From Octopus sinensis (Eukaryota), in contig NC_043002.1 of the NCBI RefSeq assembly GCF_006345805.1, positions 61,814,001 to 61,878,000 on the forward strand: a DNA stretch of 64,000 bases, in the 5' to 3' direction. Both the position numbers and the translations under genes were made by a program. The notes beneath the pieces were generated by a model, which was not told the DNA's origin, did not search any database, and saw only the letters and a program-made list of their open reading frames with translations. Shown in pieces: positions 1 to 11,663 of the stretch (positions are counted from its first letter, which is position 1; the number at the start of each line of letters is the position of its first letter).

Positions 1-235
1 GTAGGTGCAAAATGTTTTCCTCAGTAAACGTGTTTACTTTTGTGTACATCATTATTTAGAATCAGGCTTATTAATGCAATGTTTGTTTGTTAATTAATAT
101 CATATGCAAACCGGATCATATGCATATTATCGATTTAACACGACTGTAGTAGATAATTGGACACATGCAGAAATGTTTTGAATAGTAATTGCAGTGCAAA
201 TCGTAATATGTATGCAATATCTAATGCTGAAAACA

Positions 236-447
236 AAGCGAACTGGCAGAAACGTTAGCACGACGGGCGAAACGCTTAGTGTTATTCCGTTTGTCTTTAC
301 ATTCGGAGTTCAAATTCTGCCGAGGTGGACTTTGACTATCATCCATTCGTGGTCGGTAAATTACGTACCAGTTGCGTATTGGATTCGATCTAATCGACTG
401 GCCCCCTCCCACAAAATATTTAGCCTTGTGCTTAGAGTAAAAAAGAG
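236..447 (+). mobile_element. tRNA-derived SINE, family B (tail variant 2)
   Basis: Head CTGGCAGAAACGTTAGCAC, B-box-like GAGTTCAAATTC, central GACTTTGACTATCATCC..GGTCGGTAAATTACGTACCAG; homologous to >10 other copies in the window. Confidence 0.85.
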
Positions 448-714
448 CATATTTTTTCCATTATTTTAGAGTAAAATTGAAAAGAATATGCCGTACTAAA
501 TCTGAGTATTGGTAGAGCTGCTAGTGTATCGGACGAGATAATCTAATGTATGTCTTTTGACTTGTGTTCAAATTCCGTTTCAATATGGCATGCTAGAACC
601 AATCACCCAATGAGGAGTTTCACCTGTCCAACCCATATTTCTTCAGTGTTGACTGATGGAACTAATATCGGTATAGGCGAAAAAGACTCATAGCTTTATA
701 AGGACATAAAAAAA

Positions 715-845
715 TTATTTACAGTATTTACTGTTTGTTGTTAACACAACGTTTCGGCTGATATGCCCTCCAGCCTTCATCCAAAGCGTTGTGTTAACAA
801 CAGACAAGTTGAGGACAAATAAGCGTCAAATGTAAATAACGTACA
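715..845. mobile_element. Penelope-type terminal repeat remnant, inverted pair, with hammerhead-like motif on minus strand (744-781)
   Basis: Minus strand reads GATGAA GGCTG GAGGGCATAT CAGCC GAAAC GTT GTGT; arms 733-753 and 784-803 are inverted copies; 786-845 matches 53881-53940. Confidence 0.7.
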
Positions 846-1124
846 TGATTCCTCATCTCTTAAATATCACATAAATAATAAATTTTATTTTTCATGAGAA
901 ATAAAATGAACAATTTCTATGCTGCTATCAGTTAATTTATGATTCATATTGAACATATCAACATTCTTCAGGCTGAGAATATCAGCAATTGTTCATGTTG
1001 TCGAGAAATACTTCTTTGGATGAAATCTAACTGAAGAGGTTAACGTCACTAAATCTAGCGTAAAGTACTTACACATTGCTTCTATTTGCAGAAAAGAATT
1101 GCTTTACTTTTTCATATTCATTAT

Positions 1125-1530
1125 TCTTTTACTCTTTTAATTGTTACAGTCATGTGACTTTGGCCATGCTGGAGCACCGCCTTTATTCGAGCAAATCGAC
1201 CCCAGGTCTTATTCTTCGTAAGCCTAGTACTTAGTCTATCTGTCTCTTTCGCCGAACCGCTAAGTTACGGGGACGTAAACACACCAGCATCGGGTGTCAA
1301 GAGATGTTGGTGGGATCAAACACAGACATACAAATATATACGCGCACACACATATATACATATATACGATGGGCTTCTTTCAGTTCCCGTCTACCAAATC
1401 CACTCACAAGACTTTGGTCGGCCAGAGGCTATAGTAGAAGTCACTTGCCCAACGTGCCACGCAGTGGGACTGAACCCGGAATTATGTGGTTTTTAAGCAA
1501 GCTACGTATCACGCAGCCACTCCTACACCA
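1125..1530 (-). mobile_element. tRNA-derived SINE, family A (CORE-like central region), near full length
   Basis: Minus strand: A-box-like TGGCTGCGTG, B-box-like GGTTCAGTCCC, GTGGCACGTTGGGCAAGTGAC (resembles the CORE motif GACCTTGGGCAAGT), internal CA/TA tract, tail ..GGTGCTCCAGCATGGCC..; near-identical organisation at 35500 and 60061. Confidence 0.9.
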
Positions 1531-2493
1531 TTAGGAACAGAGGAATCCAAAATGTAGTACTCACAACTCTTTCATGTCATATACTTTTATTGCTTGTAAT
1601 TTGAGACAATGGTCAATTTCGTCCGTGAAATGCAAAGTATGAAATAACCGTAAGAACATATTTTCTTCGTGGGGTTATCTGAAGATTACTTAAGTCTAAA
1701 CAACAACATTGTAGGATTTCATTTCGTTTCCTTGTACGATCGTAACCCGACCATCGGGTTACTGGGTACGGTTAGATAAGCACACAATATGGCGGTGGAT
1801 TTTGTAGCTGACGTTATTGCTGATGATGTTCCCATTATTAATATTACTGCGGCGTTTGTTGTTGTTGCTGATGAATATGTTGCTATTGATGACGATGTAG
1901 TTGCCGATGTTGTGTTGTTGTTGTTGGCATTACCGTTTTGGTTTCTCATTCTTTGATATAGATATAATGGATTATTTTAAACATAATCTGCTTCGTTACT
2001 TTATCTGCGATGTGTTACCAGTTCTATGAATGAGTCAATAATCATTTGTCCAACACGAACAAAATCCGCCGACATTGATAGCTAATAAATCTTCTGATAT
2101 ATAATTAAACCGATCAACAAAATCATTCAATGTCTCGCTTCATATTTTGAACAAAACTCCTCGAATAAAATGCCTACTTCTATTCACAGATTACAGCAGC
2201 AATAACGATTAATATGTATCTATAGAAAAGTTGCAAATAACATTATTATATTATCAGATTATGGAAAATATTGTTAACATATACTTGGACATATTCGTTT
2301 ATCTAACAATTGAAAGAAAGTAAAAATAGAGGAGAAACCATTATATTTGACCAGTGAAAATATGATTTACGAAGCCTGACATAATTTGCTTCGTCTTATA
2401 TAATAGTTAACTGGACAATTATTAATATAAAATCGAATGAAAAAATATAAATTATAATGTTTTCTTAACAGACATCGCAGGTAAATACACATG

Positions 2494-2533
<40 letters not shown>

Positions 2534-2684
2534 CAGCTAGTGCATACGGAATTCATTATTCTTTACATTTCATATCAGGAGAAATAAATTATCCGTTAAA
2601 TATTTATAGATAAGAAGATCAAGCCATGCAAACTGAAACAAGTAAAAGTTAAAAGATAATGTCTCGATTAACTTTTAAACGTTA

Positions 2685-2870
2685 CTTCTTTCACTCATTG
2701 GATTGCGGCCATGCTGGGCACCGATATGGAAAGTTTTAGACAAACAATTCGGCCACGGAATAAGTTTATTTTTCTTTGTATCATGTTTGTTTAACCGCTA
2801 CCTTACGGGAATGTAAACAAATCAACGCCAGTTGTCAAGAAGTAGGGTGACAAGTACAAAAAACAAAACA
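2685..2870 (-). mobile_element. SINE family A, degenerate 3' half
   Basis: GATTGCGGCCATGCTGGGCACCG ... TTACGGGAATGTAAAC ... GTTGTCAAG align with 1150-1300. Confidence 0.7.
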
Positions 2871-2877
2871 CACACAT

Positions 2878-2907
2878 AAACTTATATATATATACATATA
2901 TATATAC

Positions 2908-2955
<48 letters not shown>

Positions 2956-2970
2956 TAATATATATATATA

Positions 2971-3016
<46 letters not shown>

Positions 3017-3020
3017 ATTA
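2878..3020. repeat. (TA)n microsatellite, interrupted
   Basis: Direct reading; one of dozens of TA, TG/CA, GA and TACA tracts in the window (not all listed). Confidence 0.97.
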
Positions 3021-3238
3021 TATAAAAGGGCTTAGTAAAATAAATTACTTTGCCGCATACTGAACTCATTAGAAATAGCAGCCCAAAAAAACTTTTCTAA
3101 AACTATTTCTAATACTTAAAGAAAATTCTTTTTCTTTAAGTATTAGAAATAGTTTTACAAAAGTTTTTTTTTTTTGGCTGCTATTTCTAATGAGTTCAGT
3201 ATGCGGCAAAGTAATTTATTTTACTAAGCCCTTTTATA
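3021..3238. repeat. Long near-perfect palindrome (~105-bp arms, ~4-nt spacer)
   Basis: TATAAAAGGGCTTAGTAAAATAAATTACTTTGCCGCATACTGAACTC.. at 3021 is the reverse complement of the sequence ending ..CTAAGCCCTTTTATA at 3238; centre near 3127. Confidence 0.95.
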
Positions 3239-3664
3239 TAATGTAATAATTTGAATTCGCCTTAAATGGTCCCTTTGCATACTGAATACTTGGTGAAATT
3301 GATTAATTAATTAATTTTACCCTCAATTGTTGAAATTATATATATATATATATAATATATATACATGTTTGCTGTGTTAGACATTAGAGGGGTGCTTCAT
3401 CAGACTTGCATCAAATGTGTGTTCTCACATTGTGCGCCTTCCAGACGCTATAGGCCTATACATGTATGCATAAGCAAATGTGAGTGTGTGTTTGTGAGTG
3501 TGTGTGTTTGTATTATTTTATTCTTTTACCTGTTTCAATCATGCGGCTGTGTGTAAAGAATAACGAATTCCGTATGCACTCTAGCTGATACACACACACA
3601 TATATATAAAACATTCACACACATATATATATATATATACAGATAGATATATACATAAACAAAA

Positions 3665-4990
3665 ATGTACATTACGTACAGGACATAACCAACGAGCACG
3701 CAAACATACGAGAGACAAGCACAAGGCAAAAATCCTAACAAATCTTTATATATAAAAGAGAGGTTGTGTGCTGTCTGTCTCCTACGATTTAGATTCCTAA
3801 CTACTCCCACATTTTGCGGTGCAGTTTAACCAAAACCGGGTATCTTATAGTTCTGATTCATATCGGGCCCTTCTGGGTATTAGCGCGCGTCTACGATGAG
3901 TCTATGATTAAAAAAAAAATTACCATCAATTTTTCCCATTTTTAATGCATTTTTGGCATATATAAGTGAAGTAACTCTCTAAAAATTTATTATTAAATCT
4001 CAGAACGTAAAAAGCTACAGTAACACCCCCACCTTGTGGTTAGCCATATTGTGATGGCTATTATACTTTACATCTCTAAAAATGCTTATATAGTTATTTC
4101 CCATACAAACCCGAGCAGCGCCGGGCGATACTGCTAGTACATAATAAAAACAGGACATCAACAACGAATGAAAAATATGTAAACACATAATGAGCGAGAA
4201 GTATGGGACAAAATACCAAAAGAATTCTAGCACTTCAGTTGTAAAATTTTTATTACTCCCTATTTCGAGCTTTCAACGACAAGATAGGAAAAACTCATAA
4301 GACAGCAGAGAGTTAGGTCTTTGAACAAAGAAACAAAAACAAAGTAGACGTACAAATAAACAATCAACGGAGACAAACATTAAGGGGCGTTAGGCCAAGA
4401 TGCATTGTAATTGGCAACGCCTGAGAGAAATTTTGAGAGGATATAGAATAAATACAAGAGAAGAAAATAGTAGAAGAGACAAATGTCGAGAGGTGAGGGG
4501 AATGACGTCCTGCAAGATGGTTGCGTGGTCCAGAAAGAGAGAGGCGAGAGAAAAATGGCCTGTAATCACGTGTGACTAATAGCCACAGACAAAGGGGGAC
4601 AAGAGAGAGGACGAGGGAAAAGAAACATAGCGAGAAGGGAGAATGAGCGAAAGAGAATAGAGAGTGGAAGAAAGACAAGGGACAGCAAAGAACGACTGGG
4701 AGAAACGGAAAATAAAGAGGATTGTAGAAGGATAGAGAGAGAACGAAAGCAGTGTGTGGAGTGGTAGAAATTAGAAGTAAATGTAAGAATTTACAGTGGA
4801 CTATGCTGCGTGGTATTCGATTATAAACAAAAAAAAGATACACGTTAGGTACAGGACATCGCCAACGAGCGAAAAACATGCCAACACACGAGAGACAAGC
4901 ACAGGACAACAAGCCTAAACATACAGAATAAGAACAAGACATCAAAATACATAACGAGAGACAAATGTGGGACAAAATACCAAAATAAAT
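3665..4990 (-). mobile_element. Non-coding element with ~150-bp direct terminal repeats around a purine-skewed core (Penelope-derived?)
   Basis: ACAGGACAT..CAACGAGC..ACGAGAGACAAGCAC..GGGACAAAATACCAAAA occurs at 3677-4225 (split by a Helitron) and again at 4850-4985. Confidence 0.55.
3743..4137 (+). mobile_element. Non-autonomous Helitron
   Basis: Begins TC after A3742, CTGTCTGTC tract near the 5' end, GC-rich hairpin CCCGAGCAGCGCCGGG at 4110-4125, ends CTAG followed by T; A|T insertion with no TSD. These are canonical Helitron termini. Confidence 0.88.
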
Positions 4991-5109
4991 CTATACGTTT
5001 ACGTACTGACATCGAGGTCGTGAGACATGTCCAGCTTTATGCAAAGACGAATTTCGGAAGCAATCCGACGCACACATATTCATACTTTTTCCTACTTCGA
5101 CATAACTTA

Positions 5110-5568
5110 TTCTCTATTTTATTTTGACGGAAATCATTCGTTTGTACACTAGGTACAAGGTCCGAAATTTTGGGGGAGAGCGCCAGTCGACTAGACCGAA
5201 CTCCAGTATGTAACTGGTATTTAATTTATCGACCTCGAAAGGATGAAAGGCAAAGTTGACATCGGCGGAATTTGAATTCAGAACTAAAGACAGACGAAAT
5301 ACCAATTTCTTTATTGGCCACCGGGGGCCATCGTGCTAACGCTTCTTATTTCCTTATTGCCCACAAGGTGCTAAACATAGAGGGGACAAACAAGAACAGA
5401 CAAGTCGATTACATTGACCCCTGTACGTAACGGGTACTGAATTATCGACCATTAAAGGATGAAAAGCAAAGCCGACTTCGGCGGAATTTGAACTCAGAAC
5501 GTAAAGATAGATGAAATATCACTAAGCATTTCGTCCGGCGTGCTAACATTTCTGCCAGCTCACCACCT
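5110..5568 (-). mobile_element. SINE family B tandem array (two long copies plus a junction fragment)
   Basis: GGATGAAAGGCAAAGT(T/C)GAC..CGGCGGAATTTGAA(T/C)TCAGAAC at ~5240 and ~5460; head CCAGCTCACCACC at ~5555. Confidence 0.88.
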
Positions 5569-6625
5569 TACTTTAACAGAAACATTTTCACTATTATCAC
5601 ATTCATTCGAAACTGGCGCCAATGAATCTGACTCGTATTTTTTACACTATATTCTGTAATAAATTTTCCAATAGTAATACGACTTTCATTTACTCCACTA
5701 AAAAATTCCATTGTTTTGTCGTTGTCTCATTACCACTTTCATTCGAGCACATAGATTCAATAACTAAATATGTCCTATTATTTCTGCTATAATTCTTTAT
5801 ATCTACCTTCCACAAATTCTTCTAAAATTTATATAGCTTATAACTAATATTATTTTTGCATTCTCGATGTGAATATATTTAATAATAGCAAATCTACTTG
5901 ACCTATTTTTGCTCCTCAAAATTTTTAATAAATAGATTTCAAAATAATTCATATATCACATCGTTGACGATGGAAATTATGAGAGCTATAATTTTATTTT
6001 TTATTTTTTGATTAAAATTTCAAAATCTCTATTCAGTAGTAGTTGACATACATTACAAAAGAATATTCTTTATTTAGATTCTATCACAATTTCCTACATT
6101 GGTTGCATGACTTTCTTTTCTTAAAGCTTTAATATGTTTTTTATTCACAAATATTATCCGCAGAAAATCAGTTCTGAATTTATTTCTTTATTAGATTATT
6201 TAAAACTATTTTACGTTACCTTCCGAGTTCCGTAGTTCTTTCCGAAATAATCTTTCGAAAAATTATTACTGCCATGGTGGTGATTGTAATAACATTGATG
6301 CATTTTAGAAAATAATTTATTTAACTACATTGCTATTCATTTGAATCCTGGATACTTTTCATTAGGCTAATAGTGATTCCGATAATAAATAATGATAAAC
6401 ACTAAATTTAGTTTTGTACTTAAACTAATTAATTAAAATTTATTTAATTACCTACTTCTGCTTATTCATTTATTTAACTGTCAGTTGCTTACGAGCGTAA
6501 TATTCATTTCTCTACTTTAAATACTTTTAATGTTATTTTTCATTAATATAAATAACAAAGTTGTGCTAAATCTAACGCTCAATCTAACTCTCATGAGATT
6601 TTGACGATGGAAACAACAACAATAA

Positions 6626-6629
<4 letters not shown>

Positions 6630-6659
<30 letters not shown>

Positions 6660-6705
6660 GCTGCTGCTGCTACTACTGCTACTATTACTACTACTACTGC
6701 TGCTT

Positions 6706-6753
<48 letters not shown>

Positions 6754-6772
6754 TTACTACTACTACTACTAC
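6630..6772. repeat. (CTA)n/(CTG)n trinucleotide microsatellite
   Basis: Direct reading; source of the poly-L and poly-S ORFs. Confidence 0.97.
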
Positions 6773-6794
6773 AAATAATAATGATATTCCTTTC

Positions 6795-7218
6795 TACTAT
6801 GGGAATAAGGCCTGAAATTTTTAGGGAGGTGACTAGTCGATCATATCGACACCAGTGTTCCACTGGTACTTAATTTATTGACCCAAAAAAGATGAAAGGC
6901 AAAGTCAACCTCGGAGGAATGTGAACTCTGAACATTAACGACAGGTGAAATGTCACTAAGCAAGTCATCCAGTGTGCTAGCTATTCTAGTATTAATAATA
7001 ATAATAGTTATTTCTATTATAGGCGCAAGGCATGGAATTTTGGGGAGGGGTATAGTCGATTAAATCGACACCAGTATGCAACTGGTACTTAATTTATCGA
7101 CACCCGAAAGGGGGAAAAGCAAAGTCGACATGAGCGTAATTTAAAATCAGAAAAAAGGCTAAATACCGGTAGACATTTCGCCCAGCGTGCTAAGGATTCT
7201 GCCAGATCGCCGCCTTCT
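6795..7218 (-). mobile_element. Two SINE family B copies in tandem (tail variant 2)
   Basis: Central domain at ~6860-6930 and ~7080-7150; head GCCAGATCGCCGCC at ~7201-7214. Confidence 0.85.
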
Positions 7219-7839
7219 TAACAACAACAACAACAATAATAATGATAAATAATAACACGCATGTCACACTGACAAAGCGTACGAATACACCTGAGTAAGT
7301 AAGACTCATTAAAAGTGTTGGACTATATTCGAGTATGTAAATATTGGACTAATACCCGGTTAAATACACATCACAAACACGTCAATACGTAAACTATTTA
7401 ATTACGTTCGCACCACAGTTTTACATGAATCCCTTTTAATATTTCGAAAGAAAATTTAAGTAACGTATAAACAGTTGGACACATACAAAACATGAATTGA
7501 ATAAAAACAAACAACAAAAATGAGTCCTTATTGATAAGAAAAGCGTTAAGCAGATATTGATATATATATCCCGCCCCACGCCATACAACTCGCGGAAAAC
7601 ATAGGGATATTATATTTTTGTTTGTTTCTATGTCTCGTTTCACTACATTTATTTGTTTATAATTGTAGAAGAGGTTCTCTATCAAATTGTCTACGCTGTC
7701 AGATAAGACACGGAGCGTAGTACTAACATGAAAATGTTAATGGCAATTAGCCAAAACTCATGTTAGGTCAGAGGAAATATTAACAATGACAAATAGCAAA
7801 AAATGAAAAATCATCGGTGATGATAATAATAATAATAAT

Positions 7840-10800
7840 GAAAGGAAGCAGTTGGAATCTCCCCATGTCCTGATCGATGGGGAGATTCTAGTGATGATGT
7901 CACAATAAAAACACTGGTATTTGCGCAACCAAATAATCGCTATCTCATATGGGATACAATGAAAAAGCAAAATATTGTGAATAAAGGTGGTAATCAAACA
8001 AAAGCCCTTGATGGTGTCATTGTTACACCTGGCAGGCTTAGAGATACTGGTCCGATTCTAGCTTGGCGTTATCCAGCAAGGAACTTGCTCATACGGCGTA
8101 GATAGAATAAAAAAATCAATGCTGTGGTCATGGAGTGTTACTATCTGAGCAACCCTGTACACAAAAATGCTGTTCATATTAGAGATTTTGGGAAAATAGA
8201 ATTGATCATACAACGTATGTATGATCAATTGAGAGAATGACGATTGTTTCAACTCACGGAAAAAAGATTATGTGATCAAGCTAGAGCAAACAGAAAAAAA
8301 TCTTTGGTTTAAAGAAGTAGAGCTCGGAGCATCAAAAGACTGGTATTGGAAATTAACAGCAGAGGAATTAGTTCTTACTAATAAAAGTAATCTCATAGCA
8401 GAAAAGAGAGTTGAGATCTGTAACAAACCACACGAAAGAACAGTGAAAGCTTGCTCGATGAGAGGCATATAGATGGTGGGGAAGAAGACATTATAACTAA
8501 TGGTAACATGATAAATAGGCAATAGCAATGTACGATAGATTAAAGCAAGGTTACAGAAGAAGAGCAGTGACATTATTTGCAACTTCAAAAAAGTTGATTG
8601 GTGAAAATTGAACCTAGAAATCGAAAAATGTGAATGAAATTCTGAAATACATCAGAACAAAACATTACCGAAACAAATAATTTCATCAGGACAGCAAGTA
8701 TTGTTGTAGCAGAAAATGTGGGTGTTGATGTCATGAACAAGAAACATAATGGGAGTGACAAAATAAAATATACATGGTGGAAAAGAAGAATGCAAAAGAT
8801 GTATATGATCTCGAATGACATTTGTGTTAGATTGAAAAGAGAAGCGGGAACTTCAAAGTGAAGAAAAATGCAGGACACTGAACAGAAAGTATGATATTAA
8901 AATAATGTGTCTATAAATAGTCATGAAGTAACTGAAGCAGCACATAGTTCCAAAGAAACCAATGATGGTAAGATACGACCAAATAAATATACGACCAGCA
9001 AAGAAAAAATGGAGAGTGTACAGATGAAAATTTGATACAAGATAACATTGAGAGCCAATGATTTTGGAGTGACATCTGGAGTAAAGAAAAGGAGCACAAG
9101 AGGGATGCTGAATGGTCGCAAGAACTGAAACAAACAGGTAGGATTAATAATTTCTGTTAGGGAAGTGAAGGAAATCAGCATAAAAATGGGCAACTGGAAG
9201 GTTTCGGTACCTGATGGAATTCAAGGCTACTGGATCAAAAGATTTGGTGAGTGTCCTACACGAATAGCTGCACAACTCAACACCTTGTTAAATGCCAAGC
9301 AAGTAACACTAGAGTGGTTGACAATGAGTAGGGCAGTGCTGTTCTAAAAAGACATCGGTAAAGGTAGTACGGTTACAATTACAGGCCGATACACTGGTTA
9401 CCACTTATTTGCAAATTATTGGCTAGAATAATCGCAGATGAATGTACGAACATCTGAAAAATAAGTGGAGTCCTGCCACTTGAACAGAAGGGTTGCAAGC
9501 GTAAGTGCACAGGTACCAAGGATCAACTCCTGATAGATAAAACTCTACTCAGAGTCTGCAAGAGGCGGAAAAGAAACTTAGATATGTCATGGATCGAGTA
9601 TCGTAAGGCGTACGATATGATCCAACATTCTTGGATTATAGAGTGTATGAACATATTTGGTATTGCATCGAATGTTGAGCGATTGCTTGGAAAATGTATG
9701 GCGAATTGGAGGACGGACCTGACAGCATACGGAAGAAGTTCAGGAACAGTAGAAATTAGAAGGGGCATCTTCCAAGGGAACTGCCTAACCCCACTGATCT
9801 TTGTACTATGCTTGATACAACTTAAACTGATTCTGAGGACAGCAAATGCTGGGTAAGTATTCAAAAGCCGTCAACTACTTGTTATTCATGGATGACCTAG
9901 AGGTTTATGGAAAAGTTGAATCCCAAGTCAGTTCCCTTGCTGATACAGTGTATAGTACAGTACTGATATCATAATGAAGCTTGGATTGAAAATGTGTGGA
10001 GTATAAGTCTTGAAGAGGGGCAAAATTAAATGTATGGACGGCTAGCGATACTGTCGGAGAAGGTTATGAAGCAGATAGAAGAGACGTGCTATAAGTACTT
10101 GAGGATTTTGGAAATGGATGAATTGATTGAGGAAGAAATAACTGAGAAATTTAAGGTAGAATACTTGCGCAGACAGAGACTGACACTTCAGTCGAAATTA
10201 AACGGACGGAATAACTTAGAAGCTATCAAGACCTGGGCGGTTTCACTCCTTCGACATGGGGCAGGGACAGTAGACGAACTAAACAGCTTCGACAGAAAAA
10301 CAGGGAAGTTGCTGACTAGATATGGGATACTCTACCCAAAACCTGACATAGACAGATTGTATGAAACAAGGAAACCAGAGAGAAGGGTACTGATTGGATG
10401 TGAACACAGCATAATAGCAGAAGAAAGCAACATTTTATGGTATGTAAAAAATTCCATAGAACCGCTCTTAGTGGAAGTAAGAAGATCAGGCTTGTGTAGG
10501 ATGAAAGATTGCAAAGATAATGAACGAAACAAAAAATAGGTGGATAAAGAAAAGAATGCATGGACAAATTCACGGAGATGATGAAGATAAATCAGACAGA
10601 GAAAAAAGATGGCTACGGATGACTAAAAGTGATTTAAAACGGAAAACGGAGGCTCTAATCTGTACTGCCAATGAGCAAGTATTAAGAACCAACTACATCA
10701 AATACAGAATGAACAGCAAATTAGAAAATGATAAGTGGAGAATTCTGGACAAAATGCTGGAACTGTATAACTTATTACCAGTCAAAGTACGCCACTAGCC

Positions 10801-11250
10801 AAGAAAGAATATAAGGGACATCATGACAATATAGTAAGGATTTTCCATTGGACACTTTGCAACAAGTATGAACTTGACAGAGCAAATGAATTAAAACCAA
10901 CAGAAACCCGAAGGCATCATCGAAAATGATAATCCTATGGATTTTATGGTTCAGTGCGACCGAGAGATAGAGAATAGGAAACTAGACATAGTGTTAATGC
11001 AAACGATGATGGATCATAGATATAGCATGCCCAGCTGATGACAAGGTATGCGATTAGGAAGAAAGATAGCTTGTGAGTTTAAGCAGTTTTGGTCGCTGAA
11101 AAAGGTGATAGTAGTACCAATAATTATCGGAGCCCTGAGGAGAGTGAGTAAAAATCTTAAGAAATACATGGATCAAAGAGGAGCTGCAATAAGGCTGGAG
11201 CACTTGCAGAAAACACCACTGCTTAGAACCGCTCGAACACTCTGCCAAAC
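7840..11250 (+). mobile_element. Near full-length R4/Dong-clade (restriction-like endonuclease) non-LTR retrotransposon, decayed
   Basis: N-terminal VMECYYLSNP (8127) and TEKRLCDQARA; RT motifs [16 protein letters not shown] (9590), [17 protein letters not shown] (9758), LLFMDDL (FMDD 9885-9896); thumb KTWAVSLLR..DRKT..DIDRLY; W.KKRMHGQ; HHD..FHW.LC; RLE LWDF.VQCD..RKLDIV, IIDIACPADD, VVPIIIGAL; C-terminal LQKTPLLRTAR. Many stops and frameshifts. 5' limit uncertain; preceded by a short (AAT)n. Confidence 0.93.
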
Positions 11251-11372
11251 AAGGATTTGGTCGGCCGAGGCTATAGCAGAAGACACTTGAACAAGCGCCA
11301 GGTAGAGGGACTGAACCCGGAACCATGAAGTTGGTTAGCATGTTACTTACCACAGAGCAACTCCTGCGCCTA
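11250..11372 (-). mobile_element. SINE family A, 5' part, abutting the Dong ORF end
   Basis: GATTTGGTCGGCCGAGGCTATAGCAGAAGACAC ... GGGACTGAACCCGGAACCATG ... CTCCTGCGCCT. Confidence 0.88.
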
Positions 11373-11384
11373 TATATATATATT

Positions 11385-11623
11385 TTTTATTTACTACCCA
11401 CTTTGAGCTAAACATAGCGGGAACAAACAAGGATAGGCAAAGGGATTAAGTCGATTATACCGACCCCAGTGCGAAACTGATACTTTATTTATCGACCCCG
11501 AAAGGATGAAAGGCAAACGCAAAGTCGACCTCGGCGGAATTTGAACTCAGAACGTAACGACAGACGAACTACCGCTAAGCATTTCGCCCGGCTTGCTAAC
11601 GTTTCTGCCAGCTCGCCGCCTTC
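11385..11623 (-). mobile_element. SINE family B, full length (tail variant 1)
   Basis: Head GGCGGCGAGCTGGCAGAAACGTTAGC on the minus strand at ~11620; B-box GAGTTCAAATTCC; tail TTGTTTGTTCCCGCTATGTTTAGC. Confidence 0.92.
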
Positions 11624-11625
11624 TT

Positions 11626-11663
<38 letters not shown>

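Noticed and set aside
1719-1949. Thr/Ser/Ala-rich 76-aa ORF
   Set aside because: Degenerate GTT/GAT trinucleotide low-complexity DNA; no recognisable domain.
4364-4975. 203-aa minus-strand ORF rich in Leu/Ser/Phe/Cys
   Set aside because: Composition follows from a pyrimidine-rich repeat strand; no domain motif.
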